A stretch of 61,990 nucleotides of DNA, the filler included, from Sphacelaria rigidula (taxonomy: Eukaryota): NCBI GenBank assembly GCA_964200075.2. It is 6 parts of 6 records of this genome, joined end to end, with 100 filler letters (N's around TTAATTAATTAA, not from the genome) between each part and the next. Parts side by side here need not be neighbours in the genome. Positions count along the whole stretch, not along the records: positions 20,701 to 30,949 come from CAXNAA020006859.1; positions 31,050 to 41,297 come from CAXNAA020006860.1; 4 more parts are not named here. The stretch is one strand, 5' to 3'. Both the position numbers and the translations under genes were made by a program. This document shows positions 26,201 through 38,498 of the stretch, piece by piece. Below the pieces are notes generated by a model. The model was given only the letters and a program-made list of their open reading frames with translations, made no database searches and was not told the DNA's origin. Position 1 is the stretch's first letter. Every line of letters begins with the position of its first letter.

Positions 26201-28421
26201 ACCACGCAGCGCACGAGGAAATGTATCCACGCGACGAGCCAAAATACCACGCAGACGATATGCGCCATTGGCGCTCAGGCCTTTCTGCTCGACCTGCTGC
26301 ACGCTATCCTCAAGCGCACGTTTTCTTGCATCTCTCTCCTCCGCAGGATCTTTGAACATGTCGAGTCCCCGATCGACCAAACGCTCGATCGCTTCATCCG
26401 CAGGAGCCTCCTTTTCATTGGCGCTCTGGAATGACCGTATGGATACGGTCACACGCCTTGCAGCAAGATAGCTGGGGTTTTCCACGCCGGTTTGCACCGG
26501 TACAGCACGCGGGCGTGACTTATCCAACGCCAGCGCGTACAAATCAATCCCGAGCTCCTTCATCGCCGCCATCCCAAATAGAACCACGTTGTCCCTACCG
26601 GGCATGATAGCGAAAGTCATGGGCTGCAACTCCACAGCCCCCCACGGCGTACGCACGCTAAGAGTAGTCAGCACCGTTTTATGTGTAATCGTCACGGGAG
26701 CACCCGTGGCGGTCTGTGCCGTTTGCGGTCCGTTTTCGAACGTAATCTGAAGCTGAGCACCGCCAAACTCCGAAGACATTTGTTCTAGCAACCCCACACC
26801 GATCGACGTGAGCGCGGACCCAGAATCCAGAATAACGCGGGCAATGAACGAAGCTACGGAACCAAGCAAGGATAAATCTGCGCGCAAACATTTAGCCTTG
26901 CGATCGACAGGTACCACGCCTGCCGAAGAACCCTGGTCGTCGGTACCAAGAGTCACCTGACGCCAGGGATGCCCTCCAGCACTTGACATCGATCAGTAAG
27001 AAACGTCGGTCCAACCAGACCAAGTCGCCGAATATGCAGACGGCGCTGTTACAGCCGTCGCAGCAGTAGGAGATGCACCAGACACAGATCCTGCCTAGCC
27101 GAGTGGTTGCGAACTATTCGCTCCAACACTCCCCACCGAAGTATTTGCATTCCCCACGTGCACTGTCCGCCCCGCTACGGACAAACCATAAGATCCAGAG
27201 TCACAACCTGATGATGTCGTGGAAGAAACAGCAGCGGAGGAACCACTATCCGCCGCCGATTGCTTGCTACCGCGGCCGCCGCGCCCGCGTCCCTGGTTGG
27301 CATGGCCCCATCCACCGTGACGACCGCCTTGAGATCCTGATCAATCTCGCGCATTTCCTGGAGCAGCGCCTTGATCGCGAGGCTCGGGGCAATCCTTGAT
27401 CAGATGTCCGGTGTCGCCGCAGTTGTAACACGCGCGAGTGGACGACACTCGCGAAGACGGCTGCTGTTGCTGTTGCTCTCGCTGTTGCTGTTTGCGGCGC
27501 GCACTACCTGCACTTGCTGTAGAATCGCGCCGGCCATGTGCCTCAATGAACTTCCACTGGTCGGCGGCATCAAATATGTCGTTGAATACCACCGTCATGT
27601 TCTTTGTCCAGCCGTCAACATACGTTAGTACACTTCTAACATAGAGTGGTTTTAAGCGACAATGTTTCTCGGGGTGTTGCACGGATCATTTTGAGAATCT
27701 GCCTCACTTTTACTTGGAAAAGACTGAAAATGATGGCGATTCAAGAAAAGGCCCCTGTGTGCATCTCCATGTCCTGTCCCCGGAGATTGAGGCGCACAGT
27801 AAACCCAATATATTTGGGCTCCTACAAAAACGAGACCCAGAAACAAAAATTGCAACCCCTACCGTAGCATTGCTCCATACGCCTTGAATTCCGGAGGCGA
27901 AATCCCGTCTACCAAAGCTGTAGAAACCGACTTGGCCGGGCCTGGCAACCAGCTCCTGTCCTTCGCATGGTACATGGCTTGCACCGTGAGGTTTTTTGCG
28001 AACACATTTTCCACCGATGAATTGACCATCATCGCACGATTCTTTACGGAAATTCCACCGCTTTGTGGCATAGTAAGTACTCTGTGTAGGTCTGCTGCAG
28101 CCCGCACATGTCACGCTCACCGCCGGTTGTGGTGTACCCAGCATGCTGCTTCACAGCATCTAGCAATTCGTCGGGGGGCATCGCCCGATGGTCCTTGTAT
28201 ATGCCTTCAAAGCACCGGTGAATATATGTGGGAATAGGTTGTCCGATGCTCACCCAGACATGCCTTATGACTCCTGATGCATTGGCTAAATGCAACCTCT
28301 CTAAATACTCGAGATATTTGGCCCACAAATGTTTTGAGGCTTCCTCTGTCCACACTTCGCCATACTTTGACGGTTCTAGAGGCTCACCTGACACCAGCAG
28401 CGCTGCCGTCGCTTGAGCCAT
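23206..28421 (-). mobile_element. Decayed Ty3/Gypsy retrotransposon gag-pol (gag-ZnK-PR-RT-RNaseH-IN-chromodomain)
   Basis: Zn knuckle CYNCGDTGHLIKDC; protease ILDSGSA; RT ASPAMAVPK...DYQAVN, DLLQGFGQMPL, VWVDD; RNase H SDASDFQWG, IEHIPGERN; integrase H-x3-GHRG...CLHC, VHFDFL, WVSDTATRF; GPY/F-like WSGPWRV. Many stops and frameshifts. Confidence 0.96.
27642..27861. mobile_element. ~220-bp foreign insertion interrupting gag
   Basis: The gag frame breaks at ...YGAMLR and resumes at VRSVLTYVDGW. The intervening AT-richer stretch has TAGAGTGG / CAACCCCTA ends resembling hAT termini; no clean TSD. Confidence 0.5.
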
Positions 28422-30704
28422 GTCGTCTAGGATTCACCACTTCACGAAGAGGCTCTTGCCTGGCTTGTGCGTCCTCCAGCCCACGGAGCGTCCTCCACTG
28501 CTGTGCGCTTCAAGTTCGCTACAAGTTGGTCTCCCGGGCGGCAGACCAAGCTGGCTTCCGGCTGCGGCCACACGTAGCATCGAGACGGACAACGGATGGA
28601 CATTGAAACAGTTCCTTTTCTTGAACTAATTCCACAGGATCAAACCGCCTCTCTCAAGAGCTGCGGGATTGTGCCTTCCCCGCCCCGCCAGGCATTGCAG
28701 AAACGGTGACGGGGTTTTTGTAAGTTCTATGGAACGTTGAGGAGCACAGAGAGGTTTCTCCGGATGAAATTTCGGGTCTCTTCACTTGAGAAGCGTTCTA
28801 TCTGCACAAGCTTTTATTTTGAATCTAGACGTATCCATTTTAGTTCGGTTCTATACTGATTGATTTATCTCAATCCCAGAATAGTTTGGTATGACTGTTC
28901 GACAGTATATCCGCACGTTTGACCAAGCGGGCGCTTTGCCGCAGCTCTTGAGAGGCGTTTTGATCCTGACTGGGATGTATAGCAGACCGTTCTCCTTGTT
29001 TTGCAGACGTCGGGTGAAATCAACGACTGCAATAATACCCCCCAGCGTCCGTTTTTTAGATCTTGCGGGAAGGGCGCAACCGTCCTTGCCCGCGTATGTG
29101 TGTGCGTGTGAACAGTAGCGTTGACGAGAACATCATCCTGCTTTTCGACGACGTGTTCAACTGCGCACAAAGGTACTTCCTGTTCAAGCAGACAGGCAGA
29201 GAGGATTCGATCATTTGCATTGGTCAGCTCGACAAACAGAAGACGACAACCGCGGCACCTCACGATCTTGTTTCCGTGGCTGTGCTACAGTAACCCGCCT
29301 GCCGACACATGGCAGCCTGGGTATGTGCTGGTACTATAACATGATGCCAATTTCTGCAGCGATTGGGAATCGCCGAACGAGGACACACAAAGGACACTGC
29401 CGAGGAGCTTTTCTCTGCCGTTGCTCCTCTGGTGATATCACCACCGACACGCGTGTGCACCGCAATGATTTGGTGCACCTAACTACACCGGCGCAACTGC
29501 AACAGAAACTCTGGTTGCGAAAATGCTTTCCCGTGGTGATACGGTTCGGTGTGAATTCTTGAATTTTCGACGCCGAGTTGAAGCTCATTCTAGTGTTGAA
29601 TCCCATTTTTGAGGATTCGCTGTTGAATCTGAATATGGAGTCTCAGTTTTTGAGAGTCGTGCTTTGAAACCTTGTTTGGAGAATCGCCAGTAGTGCATAT
29701 TGAAATTAAAAAAAAAAAAACAGTTTTATTTTTCGTTTTCGTTTATTTTCTCCGTTTTCGTAGGGGAGCTTCAAGAAAACATGGACATTAATCTCGGACC
29801 TTATCTCAGTTTTTCAGCTCAATTTTTAGAAATGTTATTTGAAACTCAGCACGGAGAATCGCAAAGGCATGCCGCGAAAAAAAATGGGCCCTCCATTTTT
29901 GGGGGGGGGGGAAAAGGTATGGGCGTTCTCGTGAAAGTATTGCCTTTACTGTACTAAATGCCCGAAACGAGAAAGCGAAGGAAAAATGAAACTCGACATG
30001 TCCCATTTTCTTGGTTCATTATAGCCTAGCGGTCCCACACAAATATTCAAAGCACAAGTACCAAACCTGGGCCAGTAAATGACCTAAACAATATTGTTCC
30101 GAGTTTCGGCGGGCCTGGTTCATCAAATACCCCACTCAGCCTCAATTCTAAGAGTTGAAATTTTTGTAATTGGTATGGATAATGAATACTCGTAGGGCAT
30201 GCTAAAAAAAACAATTCATTTCGGGTCGAACATATTTTTTTCGTGAGTTAACGCCATTTTCCTTAAAATTGGGCAGTGAGTATCGCCATCAACTCACGAA
30301 AAAAAAACTTCCGTCCCGATTTTGTTCAATTAGACTGTGCCCTGCAGGCTGGTTCACGCTTATCACACAAGATTGTGTCATCAGCAAATGCCTTTCCGCA
30401 ATACCTACCCAATAGTCGCATACATGATATCATACTGATCGCCATGGACAGCTGAAAAGCGTGCATAGCCGGATTTGTGTGTAAGGACATAGTGGTAGCG
30501 CTAAGGGCGAAAATGTATAATGAACAATCAGCGCCCATCGAATTAGTCCGAGATCGAAATTACGAATTCCAAGCCCAATTTTCACTCAATCTCTTCATGC
30601 TTTAAATCGTTGTAACCGTCATCGGCTCGGGAATTCAACGGAAAAAAAGAGAATACTACGGGGTTCGAATTATATCCGAAACCGTGATGTTTCGGTGATA
30701 TCGG

Positions 30705-30949
30705 GTGTTATTATCAATATTATTAATCAATATTATTATTAATCATCAATATTATCATCATCATCATCAATATCATCATCAATCATCATCATCATCAATA
30801 TTATTATCAATATATTCATCATCATCAATATTATTAATGACGAAAATGATCCCCCGCTCCAATACTGGAATCAAGTAAGCGTGTGATCCTTCTCGGAACA
30901 CTAATTTACATCATCAATATTATTAATGACGAAAATGATCCCCCGCTCC
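30705..30949. repeat. (ATC/ATT)n microsatellite plus the end of repeat family D (also 61868-61990)
   Basis: AAAATGATCCCCCGCTC.ATACTGG.ATCAAGT is adjacent to an ATT-rich simple repeat at the ends of both contig 3 and contig 6. Confidence 0.8.
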
Positions 30950-31049
30950 NNNNNNNNNNNNNNNNNNNNNNNNNNNNNNNNNNNNNNNNNNNNTTAATTA
31001 ATTAANNNNNNNNNNNNNNNNNNNNNNNNNNNNNNNNNNNNNNNNNNNN
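30950..31049. other. Artificial contig linker
   Basis: Same spacer. Confidence 0.98.
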
Positions 31050-33632
31050 CCAAAAATACATCTTTCCGGGGTTTTATTTTTGTCCATTATAGGAAGCGGC
31101 CTCAAAGAGCAAGAAGATTTTCGATGCTGCGGCGTCATCGACAACAGGCCATCAGCTGAGTAGTCAAAGGTAATCCTGTAATGTGTGTGCGCGATAACGT
31201 AGCCACAAATGTCCACACCCGCCGCAGCCTATCTATGCGCGGGAAAATAGTGATTATTCGGGCAGATAATGACATTTTAGCATGGATACTGTACTGCAAT
31301 CTGACTTAATCTGACTACTATTATTGCGTTTTTTCCCCCCCCTTTCTTTCATTTTTCTCTCATTTTTTTTTCATTTTTTTCATGTTCTCCTTCTTGTTTC
31401 TGATTACGAGCTGGAGTGTTGCAATCAGCTACATAATGCGCGATCATCATATTTTTTGTCTTTGTTCGTGCTTGTGTTTGTGACTGTGTTTGTCGTTATC
31501 TTGTTGTTACTGCTGTTGTTTGTTCCTGTTGGTGGTGGTGGTGGTGGTGGTTTTTGTTGTTATCGCTGCCCCCTTTCTTTCCTTTCTGAGGCCGTTGCTT
31601 CTGTCGTTTTTCTGTTCCTTTCTTTCTTTTCTGTATTTTTTCATTCTTCTGTTCTATTTTTGCTGCTCCTGACCACGGGCTGAATTGTTGCAGGCAGCTA
31701 ATCTGAGATAATTAGTCGATCAATCAACATGATACACGCATCACACGGCCGTGTGCGAGCAAGGAGGGGAGTGGACATATGAAAACACACCCTTATTGTA
31801 CAACAATAAGTAACGCTGTTTGCTGGCTGCTGTGCGGACTGTACACTCTGCACGGCGTACAAGAGGCAACAGTAGTACAGTAGTATTATAATGTGCAGGG
31901 CCTGTAGTGTTCCATACAGTTGACAAGTAGTACGATCCAGGAACACTCCTGCTCGTGCGCCGCGTCGATAGCCTGCACAACAACAGCACAGTACAATAGT
32001 GTACAGACAGCGTGATGTCTTGTACAACAGCAGTGCAACGGGCGGGGTGTTCAGAGTATACCTGCCATCGAGCATGCGCAATGCTAGGGTAACCAAGAAC
32101 AAACGAAACTGTTGGCTCGTCAATAGAGAGTAGAGAGCTCATCGCCGCCGACAGGCTTGGTCTCCTGCCGTACGACTAGATCCTTTGCGGCCTGCCCTGC
32201 TGTGGACTGCTTGTGGAGTGCGACTGATCTTTCAGCATTTTTATTTGAAATTGGGTTTATCGTGGATTTGGTTCTGGAGGCGTTCGCGACCTACCCACTT
32301 TTACTTGCGAACCCGACCTGCAAATAGGCCCTGTTGATACACATACCTGTGTCAAAGACTTTTCAGTGGCGAATGTCGGATAGCGAGCAGGGAGCACACC
32401 ACCAGGCCTCCCGCACGTCATCTTCATCAACCTTCACACACACCCCGGTCCGTCAACCACGACAGCTCAACAAGATCTGTTCCTACGGATAACCTCGTGA
32501 GTTCCTAACTACAGTACCAGCAATCGGTCAGTATACGAGTATCGCGGGGATAATATTTTTCTTCGTCCTGTCAAAACAGTAGCATCACCTCACACAGCAG
32601 CAGCAGCGGTACGTCCTGTTGGAACAGTATCATTTCTTCGCCCGCAGCAGCAGCACCGGTGCGGTAGGACGTTCTGTTTAGTAGGGGTGTACACGCCTTC
32701 TCGACTTTTGAAACACACCGCACTGCTGATGCCTCTTAATGGATGTCTGCTTGTGACTCATGCTGGGTCCCAACCGAAAGCATGCATAACAGTTGTGTAA
32801 CCCCCCCACTCCTGGATTGACATCATTCTGGCGACTGCGGGATTTCAAACGAACGGAATAATGAAAGCTTGTGGTTCAAACAACAAAAAATGCGAGCTAT
32901 TTGTTCGCGAATGTACAGAAGCAACACGTGCGGAGGCGACATATGTGCGTTGGTAGGCCTGAAATCGACACCGCCGGCGCCGATTTCGACAAAAACACGT
33001 TGTGGACGAGCTGGGTCCACTGCTCACCTGCCCCAAACCATGATTTTTCGGATAACTTCTTGAAGTCTAAATCGAGTGGTCACATTATTTTCAACCATAG
33101 ATAAACGACCAAAGCTTCAGGTCTACTGCACCTCCAGCAACAGAGATTACCATATGGTTGAAAATATGTTATACTCGTTTTAGTGTTGCCCAATGCGCTG
33201 GATCTCACCAAATTTCAGGCGCAGCAGTGAAGATGAAACCGCCAACAGGTACTGTATCCCCAACAGAAGAAAATATCGATACCAACCAACCTTTTGGATG
33301 GCAAGCTGGGACCGGCGCGGAAATCTGGGAAGAGTCAGATGTGTCGTCAAGTGTTGTCGTCCCATTTATTCTGGGCGCCAGTCTACCCCTTTCGGGATAT
33401 GTGGGCGCATCAGCCGAGATCACACATGAGGAAGGTCAACACAGGAGCTTCTTCTTTATTATTTGTTTTTAGTATCCCACCTTCCTTCTGCGGTGCTTGC
33501 CTTTACTTTTTATCGCGAGAGGAGTTCAGCAGTCCCTTTCCCTCGAGTCAGATAGCTACCTGATAAAATAAATGTCCGCACGACGAGAGCACTCGGTTGG
33601 TTCTGAACCCAAACGAAGTTGAACTCCGTCGG

Positions 33633-34856
33633 TAGGCCCTGACTTCTAAGGCACGCCGAAGGCGGGCCTAATGCAAGTGAATGAGGGCTCGCCGCAGCCG
33701 AAAAAAATGGGGTTCAAGCAAAATATAAGGCAATGCCTTAGACCCGATTTCATGCCTCACATGCCTTGAATGGACGAGGCATGATGCCTTAGATTTGCCT
33801 TAGTTCCGTTTTGCTCTTTGTTCACTCTAGGCAAGCCCAGCTAAGCCCTATCTGTGGTGCCACTTAAAGTACGAGTGTTGCGCGTAGCACGTAGCACGTG
33901 CATGCGCCGTGGCATAGCTGCGTGCAACATTTATTTCATACCTGGAATGATTAAAAAGAGGTGCTTGCGCCATAAATAAAGTATCAAAGTATATTCCCAT
34001 TTCAAGATCAAACTCAACTGCTCTCGATTTCTGCTACTCTGTACGATCTTTGATTTTTTTCCTTAATATTATTACATATATGTAATGGTACATTTATGAA
34101 TAAATTAATTAAAGATTGTTACACCACAATAAGGATGGGAATGAGGCGCATAAAGCGCGCCTAATTTGCGCTAAAAAAGCTTGAAGCGGGGCTTGAAAAA
34201 CATTTGAAAAAAAACTATTGAAAGAAAAATGAGGAGCCTAATTTATTTTTGTCACATAAATAGTAATGAATTGATTGATTTATTCAAGATTGTTTGAGGA
34301 TGGATGGTTGAATCGATGGTTAGTTGGTATTGAATTTTATTTTGTGGACAAGGACCGGGGACGGGGCTGCTGCAGGTGGCTACGCTTCCGGATGCTGCAG
34401 TGGTGTCTCGAATGCTGCAGCGGTGTCTCGGAAGCGGCAGCGGGAGCGGCAGCGGGAGCGGCAGCTGGAGCGGTGGACGATGCAGCAGCTGTAGAACTAG
34501 CAGCTCTTCGACCCTCTACCGTAGACAAGATCCCGCTGGTCAGAATGGTGGTATCCTAGCAGCAGTACTTGACTGCACAGCAGTGCAGTACAGTAGCTTG
34601 ACGTTGAAGATGGCCTGCTGTCTGCTTGTCGCTGTGTAATTTCAAAAAAAGTGGGCCCGTACTAGAAATAACCCCAAACCCACTCTGTATAGAAGTAGGC
34701 GTTTGTCTCTGCTTGCCTTATTCCCGTTTTCGTGGTACTGAGGCTTGCCTCGCCCGAACAAGGCATCTAAGGCACGATAATCCCCTCTCAGCCAACCCGT
34801 TCCCGAAAAGGGGCTCTACGGCAAAAAGTAAGGCATGCCTTAGAAGTCAGGGCCTA
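33633..34856. mobile_element. Non-autonomous hAT DNA transposon (1224 bp)
   Basis: Perfect 21-bp TIRs TAGGCCCTGACTTCTAAGGCA / TGCCTTAGAAGTCAGGGCCTA; exact 8-bp TSD TCCGTCGG (33625-33632 and 34857-34864); many subterminal AGGCA/TGCCT motifs; no transposase ORF. Confidence 0.95.
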
Positions 34857-35804
34857 TCCGTCGGCCATTCTTGCTGTACTGTTGGCGGCTGCTGCTTTTT
34901 TTATTGTTCAGTATTATAGTACTCCACATCACCGCGGGCTCCCTGCACTCACCAGTGCGGCTCTGTCCATGTGATGAGAGACACTGTACAGCGTCAGGTA
35001 TCTGGCTGTGCCACATGAGCGGGTCATTGCCGAAGAGTTGTTACAGATATACCGTACAGTATTCGCAGATCACAATCGATGCGCATCTCACTTATTTCTG
35101 GCACCCACTCGCACCTACTCCACGGTCCAGCTTATTTGTTCGAAACGATGCACGTCCCAGCACGTCTGGTTTTTCCAAACGAGTTGGGGGTATGTGCTAT
35201 GCCGATGTTTTTGTGCTTGGTATGCCTTGTACACGCACAAGACGCCTTGTACATGCGCCGGGTTTTCTGATGCGACCGTGAAGGCACCTTAGTCTGAAAC
35301 ACCGCCCAGCCTGTACATGCTTTGCAACGTGGGATACCACCCTGATAACGGTCAGCGTATGAGGAATGAGAAATGTCCAACGAAATACAAATGTAAATTT
35401 CTTCCGCCGCGGCGTCCCTACGTTCGCTGTTGCATCCTCACCAGCGATGGACTGACGCAATCCAAAGCATTTGCCAGCACGGTCGAACTGATGGCTGACT
35501 AGTACAGCACAGTACAGTGCCGCTACGCAGCCAGTACTGTCGTAACCAAAGGGTATGACATATGTCATACCCTTCGGTCGTAACTACACAAGCACGTATT
35601 GTCTTCACATCAGCCCTGTTGTGCAGACCTGCGTCCGAACGATAAAACCGAGGGCAGCGAAATCTCCTCGCTCTTGTGCTGCTGATGCACAGGCGGGCCG
35701 TGGATGGGCATTGCTCAAGACGCATGCTGACAAAGAAATAGGAAGAATGAGGCCTTCTTGACGTACCTTTCTCACTACCGACAAAAAGCAAGATCCCGGT
35801 AATT

Positions 35805-35880
35805 CAGTGTACCCTAATATGAGACCACGGCTGGACCCCTGGGGGGTTAGTTAAACTGCGACAATCAATCGATCAAATCT
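35805..35880 (+). repeat. 3' end of retroposon family E with (ATCA)n tail; other copies at ~17255-17343, ~39955-40035 (minus), ~48620-48670 and ~53112-53176
   Basis: Shared CACGGCTGGA(C/T)CCC..GGG..C.GTT.AA.TG.GA.AATCAATC motif across four contigs. Confidence 0.75.
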
Positions 35881-37984
35881 AGCACACAACAGTACGAAAG
35901 GATGTGAGTTGGCGGCTCTGGTCAGTTAAGTTTCAACTTGTCGCGCCAACGGCCTGTTCGTCGATGTTCTCCAAGTTGATCGGCGTTTATCTGCGACGCC
36001 GATTAACTGGGAGAACATCGACGGCGAGCATCGAAGCCGCGATAACGCCCCCCGCCGCCGCCGCCGCCGGGGACAAGAAAAAATGTGGTATTTGGCTCGT
36101 TTCACCTTTAAAAATATTCCCCCCCGGGGTGTCTGTAGCCCTGTTTAGAATTATATGCATCATCACTATGGTTAGGGAAGATTGTATGTTTTCTATTGGT
36201 GCCGGTCACGAGTTCAGATTCGTTGTCGTCTCACCACACATGGCTCAATGTCGGACAACACCCCTCGCTTTCCGCTGAGATCGTTCGGTGAGGGGATGCG
36301 TTTGTCTCATCTTCGGGAAAAGGGCGGGGGGGAGAAGGCGGGTCATCAGGAATTATTATTATGTGGTGCAAACGTCCTCACAATGCCTCCAACGTGTTCG
36401 TAGGCACCGTTCTTTGTCTGTGAATGCCTATGTAACTGAAGAGAATCGTAGATAGCACCCCCATCGCGTCTGGAGAGAGGAGCTATTTCATCCCCGTGTG
36501 AGGAGAAAAGGGGGAGGGAGATAACTATTTTCAATGTCAACACGGATGGTTACGACTTCCGGGATAGAGCCACCCCGGGGTTTCGGCGCAAGAACGCATG
36601 CTGGAGGGTCGATATCATCTTCCGTACCACACAGCGGTGTTGTGCCTTCACCAAATTTCCTACGGATGGACAGATTTACAACACGACCGGCAGCGGGAGG
36701 CAGTGCGCTGGTACAGGGAGCAGAAGTAGGTGACTTCGGCTCGCGATCAATGACCGCCGCGCCGACTACATCCGATCTGGAATCGCGTAGGATAAATGAG
36801 TCGGGATCACTATGACCTCTGGAACAGAGCCACGAAGAATTTCCAGCGTAAGAACCCGTGCCGGGGAGTGGACATCATCTGCTGTCTCCAGGTATCATGC
36901 TTTCACGATACCTCTCGGGGATGGACGAGTTTGCAGCACAATTCACGGCGGGGGAGAATGCCGTGGAGACGAGGTCGCAAGCACCGGAGGTCGCCTCTCC
37001 ACCAATGGCCGGTCCGCTGACGGCACCCGATCTGGGATCGTGGAGGAACAACGGGCGGGGGGAGCACATTAATTGGCGATGAGGTCGTGTGGGGACGGCC
37101 GTGGACGAGGACAGAGAGATGGTGGCCGCCCACCGCTGTCGCCACAATTGTCGTACAATTCGACGATGTAGAGGTCACTCCCGTGTCCTACATCAGGCCT
37201 TTCGCATAGGCGAAGTAAATACGGGAGCCTGTAGTGGTTGTGCTTTTGTTGCATGAAGGTGTACTCGGAGGCCAGCGAAGGTCTGCAGGCTTGCGCTTGC
37301 CGCACACGAGGAGGAGGAGAGGACGCCGCCGTGCTCGAGCAATAAACGGTGGGTTTTGTGATTGTTGAGCTCCAGAATCTCCACGACACTATGAAGCGTC
37401 CACTTACCGAAAAATAGGCAATCATTGAAAAATAAAACAAAAGCAAATAAATGCACACATAACACCGATCACAAGCAACAAGTTATTAATTGATTTTTAA
37501 TCAAAGCTTGAATTTGCTATTCATTTTATACGTACTTTCCCCAGAATTTATGAAGGTTGAGGTTTGGGCTAGACGCACCACCTTTCAATTAATAAATAAT
37601 TACATGCAAAATCGAAGCAAAGTCCAACGCATCAACCATCAGCAGTACAATCAATTAGTTGAATAGAGCTCTACGGTCAATCAATTAATGATGAGATATA
37701 CGGATACTACTACCGCTGCTGTTACTGATACTCTTACAAGCGATTATAGAGAAATGAAAAATGATGAGAGCATGGACAACATCAATGGCAAAAGTAGTGT
37801 ATGCAGGGCAGGTGCTCATATCCTCAAATTCACATGATCCAGAAGCTGCGGGACGGTATTTGGGGTTTGCTGAGTCGGTCGCGAAATGTTCACTGGCAGC
37901 CTGTCGCTCAATTCCCAGCCTATCTTCAGCCGGGTCCGACGAAAGTCCGGCGTGCTCCGTTCCGACTTTGTACGGGCGGACCCC

Positions 37985-38498
37985 CCTATGGGGTTGGCGT
38001 CGGTTGGCGATGACGCTGTAAAACACGCCACTCACTGCGTAAGCTAGTCAACCGGGTTACCGATTTGTTTTGTGCGTATTCGGGTTTTTTTTTGCGGTCA
38101 CGATGATGGTGGTCGTGCTAGGTCATATTGTGCGGAGTGAGAGAACCTGATCCCGCGCAAAGGAGATGATTGTACGATGTAGTGTTTAATCGGTGAGACA
38201 CCCATAAGGGCAGTGTATAAGGCGTGACTGTCTCGGGAAGTGGCGATACCAGAAAGTGAAGCAACTCATTGGAGACTGTCATCCAAGTGCGAGATACTCA
38301 GTACGCTTCGGGCCGGACGATCTTAGCAGGATGAAGCTCACCCCTCATGCGACTCGCCGAGCACACCACGGCGCTTTGCGCTTGGTAATTCATTACGAGC
38401 CTAGTCCGGCGAAAACTCGGCGTGCTCCGTCCCGGCTTTGTCGGGATGCGAGGTCAATGGTCATAGAGCAGGAAAGATCATGATTACACCCCCTCCCC
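37985..38498 (+). repeat. Dispersed repeat family A, near full-length copy
   Basis: GTTGGCGTCGG.TGGC.A.GACGCTGTAAAACA.GCCACTC ... GGATGAAGCTCACCC.TCATGCGAC ... GATCATGA.TACACCCCC is collinear with 45550-46036. Confidence 0.9.

Noticed and set aside
31324-31683. Hydrophobic 'membrane protein' ORF
   Set aside because: T-rich simple sequence belonging to a repeat body; similar tracts precede other family-E ends.
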